DNA from: Eledone cirrhosa
Lineage: Eukaryota
Reading direction: 5' to 3'
Length of the DNA stretch: 64,000 bases
Assembly (NCBI GenBank): GCA_964016885.1
Contig: OZ024741.1
Coordinates: 164,052,001 to 164,116,000 of the forward strand
Position numbers and translations under genes: made by a program. The notes below the pieces were generated by a model. That model had not been told where the DNA came from. It saw only the letters and a list, made by a program, of their open reading frames with translations, and ran no database searches. Shown here piece after piece: positions 14,038 through 27,934 of this stretch (its first letter is position 1; the number at the start of each line of letters is the position of its first letter).

Positions 14038-15782
14038 TTGTTACATAATAAGGTTATGTTTCCGCGGCAATCCAAATTGAATCGACATGGGAACGGACGA
14101 AGTGTGTGCTCTCGGGTTCTTCGTCCGTTCCCTTGCGAGTACCAATTCACCCCCGCCGGTCTGCGAAGGAAGTTGACCATTAGCTATCGCAGAGTTCAAC
14201 GAAATTCGCCTAGGCAATTCCCCCTTCTCAACCAAATAATGACCTATTATATATAGCTTACCTGTAATATATAGCTTACTGCTAGCCACCCTGTCAGTGG
14301 CAGTCAGCCGAAAGCCAGTGGGTGTTGGGAGAGTGTGAGTATCAATAGGTCTCAATACCACCCCACATTAAGCATGCACAGTATAATTTACCATCAACCT
14401 CTAAGAGAAAATATACTTAATTCTAGGTATTATGGTTTCACAGTGGAAATTATGAATGAGAGTTGCAAATTAAAACTAAAAATTAAAAATCGAAAATCAG
14501 AAATCAAAAATTAAAAATTAAAAAAATTTACAAGTGTGAATCTAGATTGAAGTGAGTAAAAATATATGTGCACCTATACTATCTACTACGTAGGGAGATG
14601 TTTAAGTAAGAAGTTTGGAAAGGGGTATTAATGTTACAGATATATTATCTACATATTGAACGATATTACCGTATAGTAGAACGGAGGGTAAATTACAGTA
14701 TGAAAGGTAGTAGTTAGGCGGGTACATAGTTAGAATGTCCATCAGATGGAACAAAACCCAAAAAACACAGATATAAAATACACAAAAAATATCAAATAAA
14801 TACAGGAAATACATACCGTACATATATACAAAATGAGATAGGAGATACATGATTAATATGATTGTCAATTTGTCCATATATAGATTGAATTGAGGGGGCT
14901 TCTGTTCAAATGCAATTTGGTGCAGGAAAATAGGGGTTTATCGTTGTTTTTGTTTCCTAGCATTTATCCTGCCGAAAGTTAGTTTTATGTCCGTCCAGTA
15001 TCAGGGATTTCCATCCCCATGGTAGAGGGAATTTCCGGGTGTAGCAGGTGGTTGGTTCCTCTCTTCTCCACTATATCGGTTACATCATAGAGCGCTCAAC
15101 TAATTGGAGCTAAATTCTTAGGGTAAACATTAATCAATTCAATTCAAGCACTCAACGTACTTATTCCACATAGGAGTGACGGAGTAAATATCGAATAAGG
15201 AAAAGCGAAGTAATTTCAGATGTTCAAGTCCTTTAATAATAATGCTGTGATATATATTTGAATGGCGACAGTCGCCACACTGTTCCGTGCGCCAGTGTCA
15301 CGACATCGTCAGACAGCTTGTTACATAATAAGGTTATGTTTCCGAGGCAATCCAAATTGAATCGACATGGTTTGCGTAGGTGGCGCGTTGTGTCCTTGAG
15401 CAAGGTACTTTATTTCACGTTATATATATATATATATATATATTTCAGGTGTCTATCAGATGGTTGGGGGGTCGGTCATGGTTGATGGATTTAAAGAAAA
15501 GGGAAATTCTTTAAAAGCTAATTCTTTAAAGCTCTACAGACACCTGAAATATAGGCATTGTTAGCTTAAGAGAAACTTAAAAATAAGTAGTGGCACCCCA
15601 ATTTGAACTTGTTTATAGAATTCTTTCTGCCTTTGTCACTCTAAATATAAATTATAGCCTTAAAGAATTAGCTTTTAATGAATTCCCTTTTCTTTCAACC
15701 AATGACCTCCACCCATCCCACTCCCCACCCTCTCCTACCACCTGAAAAGATATAAATACCACAACATTTATTTTGGACAGCC

Positions 15783-15833
15783 AGATTCCTGATGATTTCT
15801 AAAGAATGAAACAGTTCTAGTCCTGTAGAATCT
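15783..15833 (+). ncRNA. Type I hammerhead ribozyme
   Basis: AGATTC-CTGATGA-TTTCTAAAGAAT-GAAA-CAG(ttctagtc)CTG-TA-GAATCT; 6-bp stem I, GUA site; relatives at 21430-21465, 37065-37165 and 59792-59833. Confidence 0.8.
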
Positions 15834-16147
15834 TATCTATATTAAAACTTTTATACTCTGCTATGTATTGAGTATCTTACTTACAGTGGTTACTTCCGAT
15901 TCAACCCGGAATAACGTACCTTTATATATATATATATATTAGGTATAGGATTATCCAAGATGTAGTGATGGTTAATTACTACACTGGATATGATTGACGT
16001 ACGGTGAGAGGTTACTCTACGAGTTATGGAAGAATTGTTGAAGAAACTTATTTCCTGATCCTTCTGTATTCCGGAGTGTATATAAAGAATGAATAATAAC
16101 AGGTAGACATCATAAAAAGGTAATGATGTCTACCTGTTATTATTCAT

Positions 16148-16210
<63 letters not shown>

Positions 16211-16684
16211 ATAGATGTAGTAAAATCAATTAGACCATTACTCACCAAGCTACTCGATACTTGGGGTAGTAGAGTGAGTAATATGAAAAATTCGGGACCC
16301 CGACGGCTGAGCTCCTGCCGTTTCAACAGCCAGATCCGATATAGCTGCTGAAACGATATAGGAGCTCAACCGTGGGGTAGTGAATTTCTCATATATATAT
16401 ATAAATATATAATATATATGAAAAATTTTTCATATATATATATTTTTCATATATATATATATATATAAAACGGTAGATGTCTGTCTGTGTGTGTGTGTAT
16501 GATTGTTATGCATTTCCACATTTCTCTAAGATTTTGATGATTTGATCGCGTAATTATTTTTGCCAAAGCTTTCCTGCTTCTATGAAAAAAAATCGATAAA
16601 ACTAAATACATGCTGTAACCCTCTCTCTTACACGCTTCATTCCTCTCATTACTACCATCAAAAATATATGAAACTACATACATG

Positions 16685-16815
16685 TTGCAACTCTCTTTAA
16701 AAGGTTCATCCTTTCCTCTACTCCACTCTCAATCTCCTCTGCAACTCTCTTTAAAAGATTCATCACTCTCTCTACCCCCCCCCCCTCAATCTCCTCTGCA
16801 ACTCTCTTTAAAAGG
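16685..16815. repeat. ~55-bp tandem repeat (2.5 units)
   Basis: gcaactctctttaaaag.ttcatc...tcaatctcctct repeated. Confidence 0.7.
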
Positions 16816-17124
16816 TTACTGCCTCCGTCTACTACCCTATCACCATTACAATTTAGAACAACGACAAAACTTTTTTTGAAGGAACGTGACACAAACTTTG
16901 AAACCTAAGCAACACAACAACCATAGCTTTACTCTCTTCGTCGCTCTTCCCTCTCTCTCTCTCTACAATAGTTTATTCCCCCTCTCTATAATTTAACTGC
17001 TTTACTTTCTCTGTTGCTCTTCACTCCCTATATGACAACACTGCAGTGGAGCGTTCCGTATTGAGCGTTCCGTATTGACATACGGCTTATCTGGGGCATT
17101 TTCAATCGGCTTATTGCAAATTTT

Positions 17125-18170
17125 TTTTTATCCGTTAGAAGATGTGGTTACAACCTTACCATTGTCGATACGCACAGTGTCATGTCATCAACGCTTATTT
17201 TGAGACGTTTGTTTTCCTGGGTCGTTTGAGGCTGGGTCTGGTATGCATGGTTAGTTTCCTGGGTGTTATTTTGCAGCGCCTGCCCGCCGGGGTGTTAAAA
17301 CTTGTTGATAGAGGATACTGCTTGACTGATAAGATTATATATAGATGCACTGTAACTAGCCACAATAGCGTTAAACATTATATAGGGGCTACCTCCGGCC
17401 CGTTCAAAATTAGGTTTCGAACACATCTCCACTCTTTCACAAATAAGAAATTAAGACACTCCACTTCGCTCGCGGACTACATCACATCATTAAAGGACTT
17501 AAACATCAGCTTCTCCACGCACTAGGATATTGTCAGCAGGGCTGTACCGTACAACTTCAAGAGGAAGTGCGATCTTTGCCTCGTGGAGCTCTACCACATC
17601 ATAACTGCACCCCACGAGCTCATCAACAGCAAAGCTGAAACAGCGATAAGTTATACACATCGTTTTAAAATATCCTTCTTCAGATGGGTTAAGGATGAGG
17701 AGTGAAACCGTGTACCGGTTCTCCCTGCAACAAGTTTTAACACCCCGGCGGGCAGGCGCTGCAAAATAACACCCAGGAAACTAACCATGCATACCAGACC
17801 CAGCCTCAAACGACCCAGGCAAACAAACGTCTCAAAATAAGCGTTGATTACATGACACTGTGCGTATCGACAATGGTAAGGTTGTAACCACATCTTGTAA
17901 CGGATAAAAAAAAATTTGTCCGGGAAAGACTGCCCTAACACCGGCCAGTGTTACCTCCCTTGACCTGCTGCAAAATCAAAACACGCTATTTTTGTGAGCA
18001 ATGAATCTTGACGTGAACATAACCCCAAAAACTCTTTCCGAGCAATGTAAGGAACACTTTTGGTTATTTATGCCCTTGAGAAGCCCAACTGGGCGAAACG
18101 TACGTAGGTGCTGTTTTAAATAAACATGTTTTAACGGTCTATTCTCCGATTTCTTACTTTTCCACGTATA
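17125..18170 (+). pseudogene. PLE of a distinct lineage: GIY-YIG fragment, 3' UTR and HHR, with an inverted UTR copy at the 5' end
   Basis: IIYRCTV...HYIGATSGPFKIRFRTH...STSL...CDLCL at 17308-17680; 17125-17307 is the inverse of 17728-17912; ends at (TA)n. Confidence 0.8.
18072..18111 (+). ncRNA. Type I hammerhead ribozyme, U3-A8 core variant
   Basis: GCCC-TTGAGAA-GCCC(AACT)GGGC-GAAA-CGTACG-TA-GGTGC; palindromic stem III, short stem I. Confidence 0.75.
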
Positions 18171-18814
18171 TATATATATATATATATATGAAAAGTTCAG
18201 TACCCCATGGCTGAGCTCCTGTCGTTTCAACAGCTAGATCGGATCTGGCTGTTAAAACGGTAGGAGCTCAGCCGTCGATCTATATATACAACTGATGACT
18301 GAATTGTATTTTATTGCACAGTCTTAACAATTGTAAGAATTGTTTCTTTGTGTACTCGGAATTTGCCTCTCTTTGAACTTCTACAATTCGCTTATCTAAT
18401 TTTCAAAAACTAAGAGAATAAAGCATTCTCTCAGAAGATTAAACAAACAAATGCAACTAAACTCATTTTGAATATGCCTTAAACCAATAATACGACAAAA
18501 TGTACGTCCTTGAAGTAACAAAGGAGACAATTAAGAGGGGAAAATAAGAAGGAAAGGGGAAGTGGGAGAAGGCATCGTATATTAACAAGTAATTTACAAA
18601 TGCATATGCTGAAAGAAGGAACGAGAAATTCAGCCCAGGTAACAGATTCATTGTGTATTTATTTAACATACAAATTGCATAGAAAATTCCCGACCTGCAG
18701 GGATATATCTACAGGGATTACAAGGAATTACTCGGATCTAATCCATGACTGAGATATGGTCATGGCCTGGGAATGTAAAGGGCTGTTACTCTATACCGCA
18801 TCTTTATGGCTTCT

Positions 18815-20225
18815 GATTTAGGCACAAAGCTAACATTTTGGGAGGTGGGTAACGTCGATTAAATTTACCCCAGTGCATAACTGGAACTTTATTTATCAAC
18901 CCCGTAAGGATGAAAGAAAAAGCGAACGGCGGCGGGATTTCGACTCAGAACGTAAAGTACTGTAAATAAATACTAAATATATATTTTATTTTGTGATCAA
19001 ATGATTTTGATGATACGCCACGCTTTGGTCAAGTAAAAGTGTTAAAAATTAATATTCCCTGGTTGAATCAATTGATTATCTCCACTTCTTCCAAAACTGG
19101 TATATTAGAGGTCAAACGAAATTGGTATTTACTATAAATTCTCTCTATATACTTTTATTTCTTATATTCTTTCTATTAAATGGCGAGAGTTGTGTGAGTG
19201 TCGGTATTTTTTCCGGTGCTCTGCGTTCTAATCCAGCCGAGGTCAACTCTGCTTTCAATCACCCTGGATTGATAAAATAAAGTATCAATAACACACTGGA
19301 GTCGATATATTTGACTTTATCCTCCTCCTTAAATCACTGACGTTGTGTCAAAATAAGAAAACAAAAAACATATTCTTTCCATTCAAAAATGGATTGGTAG
19401 AATTATTAGAGAGCCGGATGAAATACTTTGCAGTATTTGTTCTAGATCTTTCTATTATATCCACGCGAGGTCAACTTTGCATTTCCAGACCTGCAAACTT
19501 CTAAAAACCCAAACGGGGAGCACTATAGAAAAAAGTGTCCCAAAACGGGGAGAAATGAGGCAAAATTGGGAATATTTTACATAATGAAAGCTATACCCAT
19601 TTTCACAAGAGAAGACATCTCTCACCTACCCCACGTCGGACGGGGAAAATTGACAGGTCTGAACTCCTCCAGAACCATTCAGTTCTTAAAGATGTTCCAT
19701 AACTGGAGAAGAAACACTGTCTACCAACAGAAACTGGTCGGACGGGGAGAGTTGACAGGTCTGCATTTCATCCTTATGGAGTCAATAAAATAACGTTCCA
19801 GGCAAGTACTGAGGTTCATTGTTCAAATCCCGCCAAGGTTAACTTTGCCTTTCATCCTTACGGGTCGATAAAATAAAGTACCAGTAATGCACTGGTTAAT
19901 TGCTGGGCTTGTGCCTAACGTAGAAACAATTATTAAGCTTTCTCCTCGCACCAAAATTGGTCACACATTCTGTCACTTGATTCTGTTTGAGAATTATATT
20001 ATGGATACACACGTACACGTATCTGTGGAATACTCAGCCACGTACACGTTGATCGAACAAGTGAAACCGACGCTGGATTCATCATAATTCAATGTATTTT
20101 ATGGAAAGAACATCAAGACACAAGACCAATTTTGGTGCGAGGAGAAAGCTTAATAATTGTTTCTACGTTAGGCACAAGGCCAGCAATACCCAGTGCATTA
20201 CTGGTACTTTATTTTATCGACCCAT
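18815..20225. mobile_element. Several Meta-like SINE copies and fragments
   Basis: gaggtcaactttgc and gataaaataaagtaccag motifs at 18815-19020(-), 19180-19360(+), 19390-19485(+), 19765-19935(+) and 20152-20225(-). Confidence 0.7.
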
Positions 20226-20922
20226 CATAAAAGTTTCCACACAATTTCCATCTACTCGATTTCATTCACAAGGTTTGGATCGACTCAAGGTTATGATAAA
20301 GCCACATTTCCACCATGCCAAGCAGAGGAATCGAACTTGGGGCCTTATGATTGCGAGGAAAACTTCGTAACCACTCAGCTATGTCTGCACGTATACTGTC
20401 ATTTAAATAGTGTATATAGGCGCGAGCAGCCACAAGATTTCGAGTTCAGTTCCACAAGTAGCTTCTATAATAGCCACGGGTTGACTAATGCCTTGGCAGT
20501 GTCATTTAATAGACAGGAACTCTGTGAAAGCCCATCATATATGTGTATGTTTGTGTAACTTATCTGTGTGTAGCTGTTTGGCAAATAGAAATGGATAAAA
20601 TAAGAACCATACATGAAAAAATATCTACTGGGGTCAATATGATCGAGTAATGCCCGTTTAAGGTGTTGCTCCAGCATGGCTGCAGTTTAATGACTGAAGT
20701 TATTGAAAGAATATAAAAAAACAACAAGGAATCCTGTTATTGACACAGCTAGTGGATTGAGATAGGTTTTTCACTTGGTTGGTTAAACTGGGAATAAATG
20801 GTGTTTTTGAAGGCGAACCGTGATTTCATTTTGAAACCCACAGATAAAATATCGTAGCAAGATCTGAGAACAATATAGTTGGAATTAAATTGACACAACC
20901 ATTACCTAAATATGTGTGAGCG

Positions 20923-21080
<158 letters not shown>

Positions 21081-21632
21081 CTGGTGTGAGAGTGTGTGTG
21101 TATGTACACATATATATATTACCGAGAGGTTCCTTAGATGTTTTTGGCGGATGTTTTTGCCGTAATATATTAATAGTATACTGTATTATATTTACACACC
21201 GATACGAACAAACACACATTTACATATAGATACACACATGCACACACACACACACACACACATGTGCCCGCACATGCATATATATAGATATATAAATATA
21301 TATATATAAATATATGTATATATATATATATACAATAATGGTGGGATTTCGATTGGAATAGGGAGGTGACCACAGTTAAAAAGGTACTCAATACTTCAGT
21401 ATAGGCATGTATATTTTATATAGACATAACTTCTAGGGGACTAGAACTCTTTCATTCGGATGAAAGTCCTGTTGAAAGCATTTTTATATATACAAACATA
21501 TATATAGATATAGATGTGTGTGTGTGTGTGTGTGTATACATTATACAGAGGAATATATATATATATATATTTACATTATAGAGAGGAATGTGTATGTATA
21601 TAGATATAGATGTACATATATATATATTTATA

Positions 21633-21663
<31 letters not shown>

Positions 21664-21738
21664 ATATACATACATACATACATACATACATACATACATA
21701 CATACATACATACATACATACATACATACATACATACA

Positions 21739-21771
<33 letters not shown>

Positions 21772-21944
21772 GTATGTATGTATATATATATATACACACA
21801 CGTATGTCAGCCTCTCTCTATATATCACTAACTTTCTCTCTCACTTCCTCCCATTCTATTTCTCTTTTTCTTTACGATGAAACAATTTCAATATGGATCA
21901 GGTATTCATCCATGATATAAGAGACATATTTATATATATATGTG

Positions 21945-22004
<60 letters not shown>

Positions 22005-22435
22005 TAAGCAACAAATACATACTTTCCACATAATTGGAAATGTTTCTTTTGAACTGGTTACAAAAGCAACATTATATCTAAGTGTGTGAGCAGGTTTGAC
22101 GCTGTGTTTGGTTTGGGTATAAATTTGTTACATGGTTGTATCTTATTGATTTACTTACATTTCAGAGGTGAGGAACCGGATGAAAAGCTTGTGTAACATA
22201 ACTACACGGAAGACTACGATCAAATTTTGCTTCTCTCGCCCATGAATAATACTTAATACTATATAATTTTTATCTTCTCTCTTTTGTTATTATTGGTTAT
22301 GTTATATATATACATAAATATATATATATATATACGTACATACATATATGTATACAAACGTACAGTAGTATGTATATACATACATACATAATAAATATAT
22401 ATCAAATATATAAGAACCGTAGAGCAAATACATAC

Positions 22436-22493
<58 letters not shown>

Positions 22494-22595
22494 ATACATA
22501 CTACTGTACGTCTGTATACATATATGTATCTACGTATACATACTTATATTTAAGTATCAGCCGTACTAAGAGTGAGAAATGAAATTTCATTTTTT

Positions 22596-22643
<48 letters not shown>

Positions 22644-22829
22644 ATATGTGTGTGTGTGTGTGAGTGTTTGTGTTGATTACATATCAACGAAGTCTTTAAC
22701 TCATTATTTTTATATATATAATCTCGCCGAGGTTAACTTTGCCTTTCATCCTTCCGGGGCCGATAGAATAAAGTACCAGTAATGCATTGGGTAATTGCTG
22801 GCCTTGTGCCAAAAGTAGAAACAGTTATT

Positions 22830-22868
<39 letters not shown>

Positions 22869-23180
22869 GGGGGGAGTACGCATGTGTGTGTGAGCGACCA
22901 CGTGTGTTTAGAAGACGGTATTTGAAATTTGAATTGAATTAGTAGTTTTCGTCGTGTTTTTACTACAGAAAACAGTATAAGTTCCCATAACATATGAATA
23001 TATGTGTGCGCGCGAACACATACATATGTATGTATGTATGCATGTATATGTGTTTGTCTGTCAGTCTCTGTGTGTGTATGTGTGTTTCAATATTGTGTCA
23101 TAGTTGGTGGACAGGAGATATGAACTGGTTTGTATTTATATAAATAAGGTTTCTACTTATTTGTTCGATAAAGACACATG

Positions 23181-24052
23181 CAGACAAACCGACCACTACA
23201 GACGCAGACAAACCGACCACTACAGAGGCAGACAAACCGACCACTACAGAGGCAGACAAACCGACCACTACAGAGGCAGACACACCGACCACTACAGAGG
23301 CAGACAAACCGACCACTACAGAGGCAGACAAACCGACCACTACAGACGCAGACAAACCGACCACTACAGAGGCAGACAAACCGACCACTACAGAGGCAGA
23401 CAAACCGACCACTACAGAGGCAGACAAACCGACCACTACAGAGGCAGACAAACCGACCACTACAGAGGCAGACAAACCGACCACTACAGAGGCAGACAAA
23501 CCGACCACTACAGACGCAGACAAACCGACCACTACAGAGGCAGACAAACCGACCACTACAGAGGCAGACAAACCGACCACTACAGAGGCAGACAAACCGA
23601 CCACTACAGAGGCAGACAAACCGACCACTACAGAGGCAGACAAACCGACCACTACAGAGGCAGACAAACCGACCACTACAGAGGCAGACAAACCGACCAC
23701 TACAGAGGCAGACAAACCGACCACTACAGAGGCAGACAAACCGACCACTACAGAGGCAGACAAACCGACCACTACAGACGCAGACAAACCGACCACTACA
23801 GAGGCAGACAAACCGACCACTACAGAGGCAGACAAACCGACCACTACAGAGGCAGACAAACCGACCACTACAGAGGCAGACAAACCGACCACTACAGAGG
23901 CAGACAAACCGACCACTACAGAGGCAGACAAACCGACCACTACAGAGGCAGACAAACCGACCACTACAGAGGCAGACAAACCGACCACTACAGAGGCAGA
24001 CAAACCGACCACTACAGACGCAGACAAACCGACCACTACAGAGGCAGACAAA
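23181..24052. repeat. Homogeneous 24-bp minisatellite, about 36 copies
   Basis: Unit CAGACAAACCGACCACTACAGAGG with an occasional GACG variant; no spacers. Confidence 0.97.
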
Positions 24053-24734
24053 CGGACGGAAACAAGAAGAATTACATCTATCTAATATTTTCATATATTT
24101 TCCATTTTCCTGTTATAAGATATGATTACTTTTGTTACTACGCTTTGTTGGTAATACTTTAATTTTGCTGCTGTCTTTTTGTTGGTTTGGTTCAGTGTTA
24201 TCGGGCAGATGCTCGAATATTTATTGTTATTATAAGATGGTGGAAAACAGTGAAATCGTATCATCCGTAACGGCTGAAACGAATGATGCTGAACACTCAC
24301 TTGACCATACATATGTGTCTAAAACAATAATTATTTAGCATCCAAAATGCCCAAACATTATTCTAAATCGTATAACAACATGGTGTATGTTGATGTAGAT
24401 GTTTATTTACGATATAGTCAATCTGATATAAAGCAAAGTTCTTCTTCAATGGATAATAAAGTTTCGTAAAAAATACTTGACAAGTCTTTCGTCTTAGCTG
24501 ATCCACCAAGATCGCACTAAATGATATAAGTGTTTCTACTTTTGGCAAAAGACCAGCAATTATGCCAGTGCATTACTGGTAATTTATTTTATCGACGCAG
24601 TAAGGATGAAAGGTAATCCCGCCGAGGTTAACTTTACCCTTCATCCTTTCTATCTGTGATATTTGAATCTACTATCATTAGCGCTTACTTTATTCATATA
24701 TATATATATGTTTGTGCATGTCAGATTCAAACTT

Positions 24735-26750
24735 ACAATGATTGGCATTATATATATAAACAAATAGTAGAAAGGAAAAAGATTTTTTCAGTAGAAAATG
24801 TTGAAGAGATGTTTTCAGTGAAATATCAAAACATTAATTTATTTACAATACCGGTTTCAACATTATATGCATTGTCAATTGCATATATGCAGAATATTGT
24901 TAAGTTGCATAGTTGCACAAATAGTGATAATAATAATTAAAAGAATAAACAGGGGAAGAAAAGTTAATTTTCACATACATGTTCATTCAACAATGGATTC
25001 CAGCGTGCCCTAAAACTCAACATCCAGGAATTTAGACACCCCCAAACCAAGGAATGAAACTCTACCATACATCTCCACACACAACCCCTCCAGAAATACC
25101 GTTACTAAAAAGAGACTTAAGAATAAATCAAATCCTCCAAACGCACAATATCATAAAGAGCAAAAGACAAGCCAAATCAATAAAAAAACATCCGTACACA
25201 GGCCAAAGTCCAGCCGACCCTCACAATGAATCCTACAGTAAAAAAATGCGGAAGACCCAACTGTGGTATATGTATCAATCTAATAGAGGGATCGGAGTTC
25301 CACTTCAAACAAGGACAACACTTTACAGTTAAATACAAGTTCACATGTGCATCAGAAAATCTAATCTGTGTTGACCTGCTTAGGTTGTCGAGAGCACTAC
25401 ATAGGACAGACCAAAAACAGCCTCACATAACGTATGACCGTCCATAGATCCCAAATAAAAATACGGGAATACAGAAAGATAGCACTGAGTGAACACATCG
25501 CCACCTGCGCATCTAATGAACAACCCAATTTTAGAATGTTTCCCATCTACAAATTTAAAGACAACGCTTCCTACATCCAACGCATTAGCAAGGAATCACA
25601 ATTCATCGCCAAAAACGAACCGCTTTTAAATGCTTCCACTTCGGACTAAACTAAAGCTGGCACACTTTAAAATTAACACCCTAGACAAATTAAACCATTA
25701 GCAATGTATCCTTCTTCAAGATTCCAGCAACCTCTGACAACTATATAATGCAGACCAAGCAACCACATACAAACACCCAAATCAGTTAGTCCTGGAGGAC
25801 TTCCACGAAGATAATCGGATAAATGGAAGCATTCAGGTGTCAAACTAAATGCTTTACATTCCCTTGAATCTGGAAGTTTCTGCTGAAGATAGAATGGGTA
25901 TTCCAGTGGCTCTGAACCCCTTTTTGTGGCAAAATTTTCTCCTTTCCCCTAAATCTGAAATTTCTGCTAGGGATGGAATTAGTATTTCAATAACTCTGAA
26001 TCTTCTTTGTGGCAAAAAAACAAGGTCAATGTTGATTTCTTCTAAGAAAAAATACCAAGATAGATATTTTTAGCAACAATCACCCACCCACCCACCCACC
26101 CTCGTCAACTCTAAGGTCACCCGCCCTTTCAAACCAATCCCTGCTAGACCTTGCATCCACTCTTCAAAGGGTCTCTCACAACAGTCTGCCCCCACAACTA
26201 TCCCTTGCCTCCTCCGCCTCCCCTTCTTCTTCTCCTTTCTCCTCCTTCTTCTACCCTCTCCTCCTCCTTCTCCCCCAACTGCTACCAGTCACAACCAAGT
26301 TATTAGCAGAGAAGGATGGACAGAGAAATGAACTCTCTTCTCTGAATGAACATGTATGTGAAAATTAATTTGTCTTCCCCTATTTACTTTTATTGTGGAT
26401 TGGCAATATCAGTAGAGGGTCGGACGCCATGCTTTAACGCAAAGAGTTACGTCCCTTAACGATCTGAGTTCAAATCAGGCCGAGGTTAACTTTGCCTTTC
26501 ATCCTTACGGGGTCGATAAAATAAAGTATCAGTAATGCACTGAGTAATTGCTGGCCTTGTGCCAAAAGTAGAAACAATTATTATTATTATTATCACTATT
26601 TGTACAAATATGCAACTTAATAATATTCTGCATGTAATGCTGAAACCGGTATTGTAAACAAATTAATGTTTTGATATTTCACTGAAAAAATCTCTTCAAC
26701 ATTTTCTACTGAAAAAATCTTTTCCCTTTCTAGTATTTGTTTTTATATAT
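24735..26750 (+). mobile_element. 5'-truncated PLE (decayed GIY-YIG 24990-25650) with an inverted 3'-end duplication
   Basis: CGRPNCGIC and RMTVHRSQIK motifs with frameshifts; 24735-24989 is the inverse of 26343-26750, and the right arm is interrupted by a SINE at 26394-26580. Confidence 0.85.
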
Positions 26751-26969
26751 ATCAACTCGTGTATTACTTTTCTACATTCGATATATATATATATATATAT
26801 CTTCTTTGTGGCAATCTCACTCTCTAAGTGACATATATACGTACATACATACACACATACAAATATACATTCATACATACATATATACATACATACGTAC
26901 ATACATAGCCCCAATAATAAATACATACATACATACATACATACATACATACATACATACATACATACA

Positions 26970-27042
<73 letters not shown>

Positions 27043-27289
27043 TGTTTGCTAAAATAATCAAATTAAATTAATTCAACAGTTAAACACACATAGGAATAAG
27101 GTTGTTACCAAAGGGCCAGAAGAATAACAAGTCGACCCTAAATATTACTAATAGCTCTAGGAAAGCCATGAATGACACCACATCTTTTTAACTTTGATTT
27201 TGAAAGTAGGTTTATTATTATCAATTTTCATTATACTTTTATAGCTGTTTCGGTGGCCTAGGTGGAGGAATCATAGACGGTGGTGATCC

Positions 27290-27530
27290 TGGTAAGATGA
27301 CCATCTCCAGCTAACCTCGTCTCGGATAAAGCCACGATGTCAAGATAGCAACGACGAAGCTCCTTTGCAACAAGAACGGTCCTTCGTTCAGGACGTTCAG
27401 AGGAATCTCTGTTCAGCAGGGTCCGTACGTTCCAGCAGCCAATATTAAATGCCTTGTTTGGCTCTATTACAGTGGCACGATGACGAGCGGCCCCAGGCTG
27501 TGATACCCTGGGGCCCCTGCCCTTATTGCC
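27290..27530 (-). pseudogene. RTE-clade APE endonuclease N-terminus fragment
   Basis: Minus-strand translation FNIGCWNVRTLLNRDSSERPERRTVLVAKELRRCYLDIVALSETRL (WNVRTL and LSET motifs). Confidence 0.85.
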
Positions 27531-27934
27531 AATTATCTCTTTTGTTCCAGAACCCTTGTTGCCAATTTTATCTTTTTTATATTGCTTTGGAACATCATTG
27601 AATTGGAAAAAAAAGTAATAATAAGAATAACACTATTGATAATTATTAATTAATGCTATCGTGCAATGCCTGTGCCTGAAGATTATTTTTTAAAGTGAGG
27701 AAAGACTGTGCACTGAGCCAATCTCACTCTCTAAGTGACATATATACGTACATACATACACACATACAAATATACATTCATACATACATATATACATACA
27801 TACGTACATACATAGCCCCAATAATAAACACATTAAATACATACATACATACATACATACATACATACATACATACATACATACATACATACATACATAC
27901 ATACATACATACATACATACATACATACATACAT

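Larger units (their letters stand above)
13735..15370 (-). mobile_element. Retrozyme-like non-coding element with ~160-bp HHR-containing direct terminal repeats
   Basis: 13735-13770 plus 13953-14089 repeated at 15210-15370; each repeat carries an HHR; no recognisable protein between them. Confidence 0.75.

Noticed and set aside
22165-22197. Possible terminal host exon after tttcag (GEEPDEKLV-stop)
   Set aside because: Only a splice-acceptor-like motif and ~10 codons; no supporting exons or homology visible
23181-24052. CRISPR-like array
   Set aside because: Head-to-tail identical units with no unique spacers, no cas genes, eukaryotic context
27235-27330. Apparent minus-strand hammerhead (GAGACGA...GAAACAGCTATA)
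   Set aside because: The 5' half is RTE endonuclease coding sequence (SETRL); at most a truncated 3' half of an HHR remains
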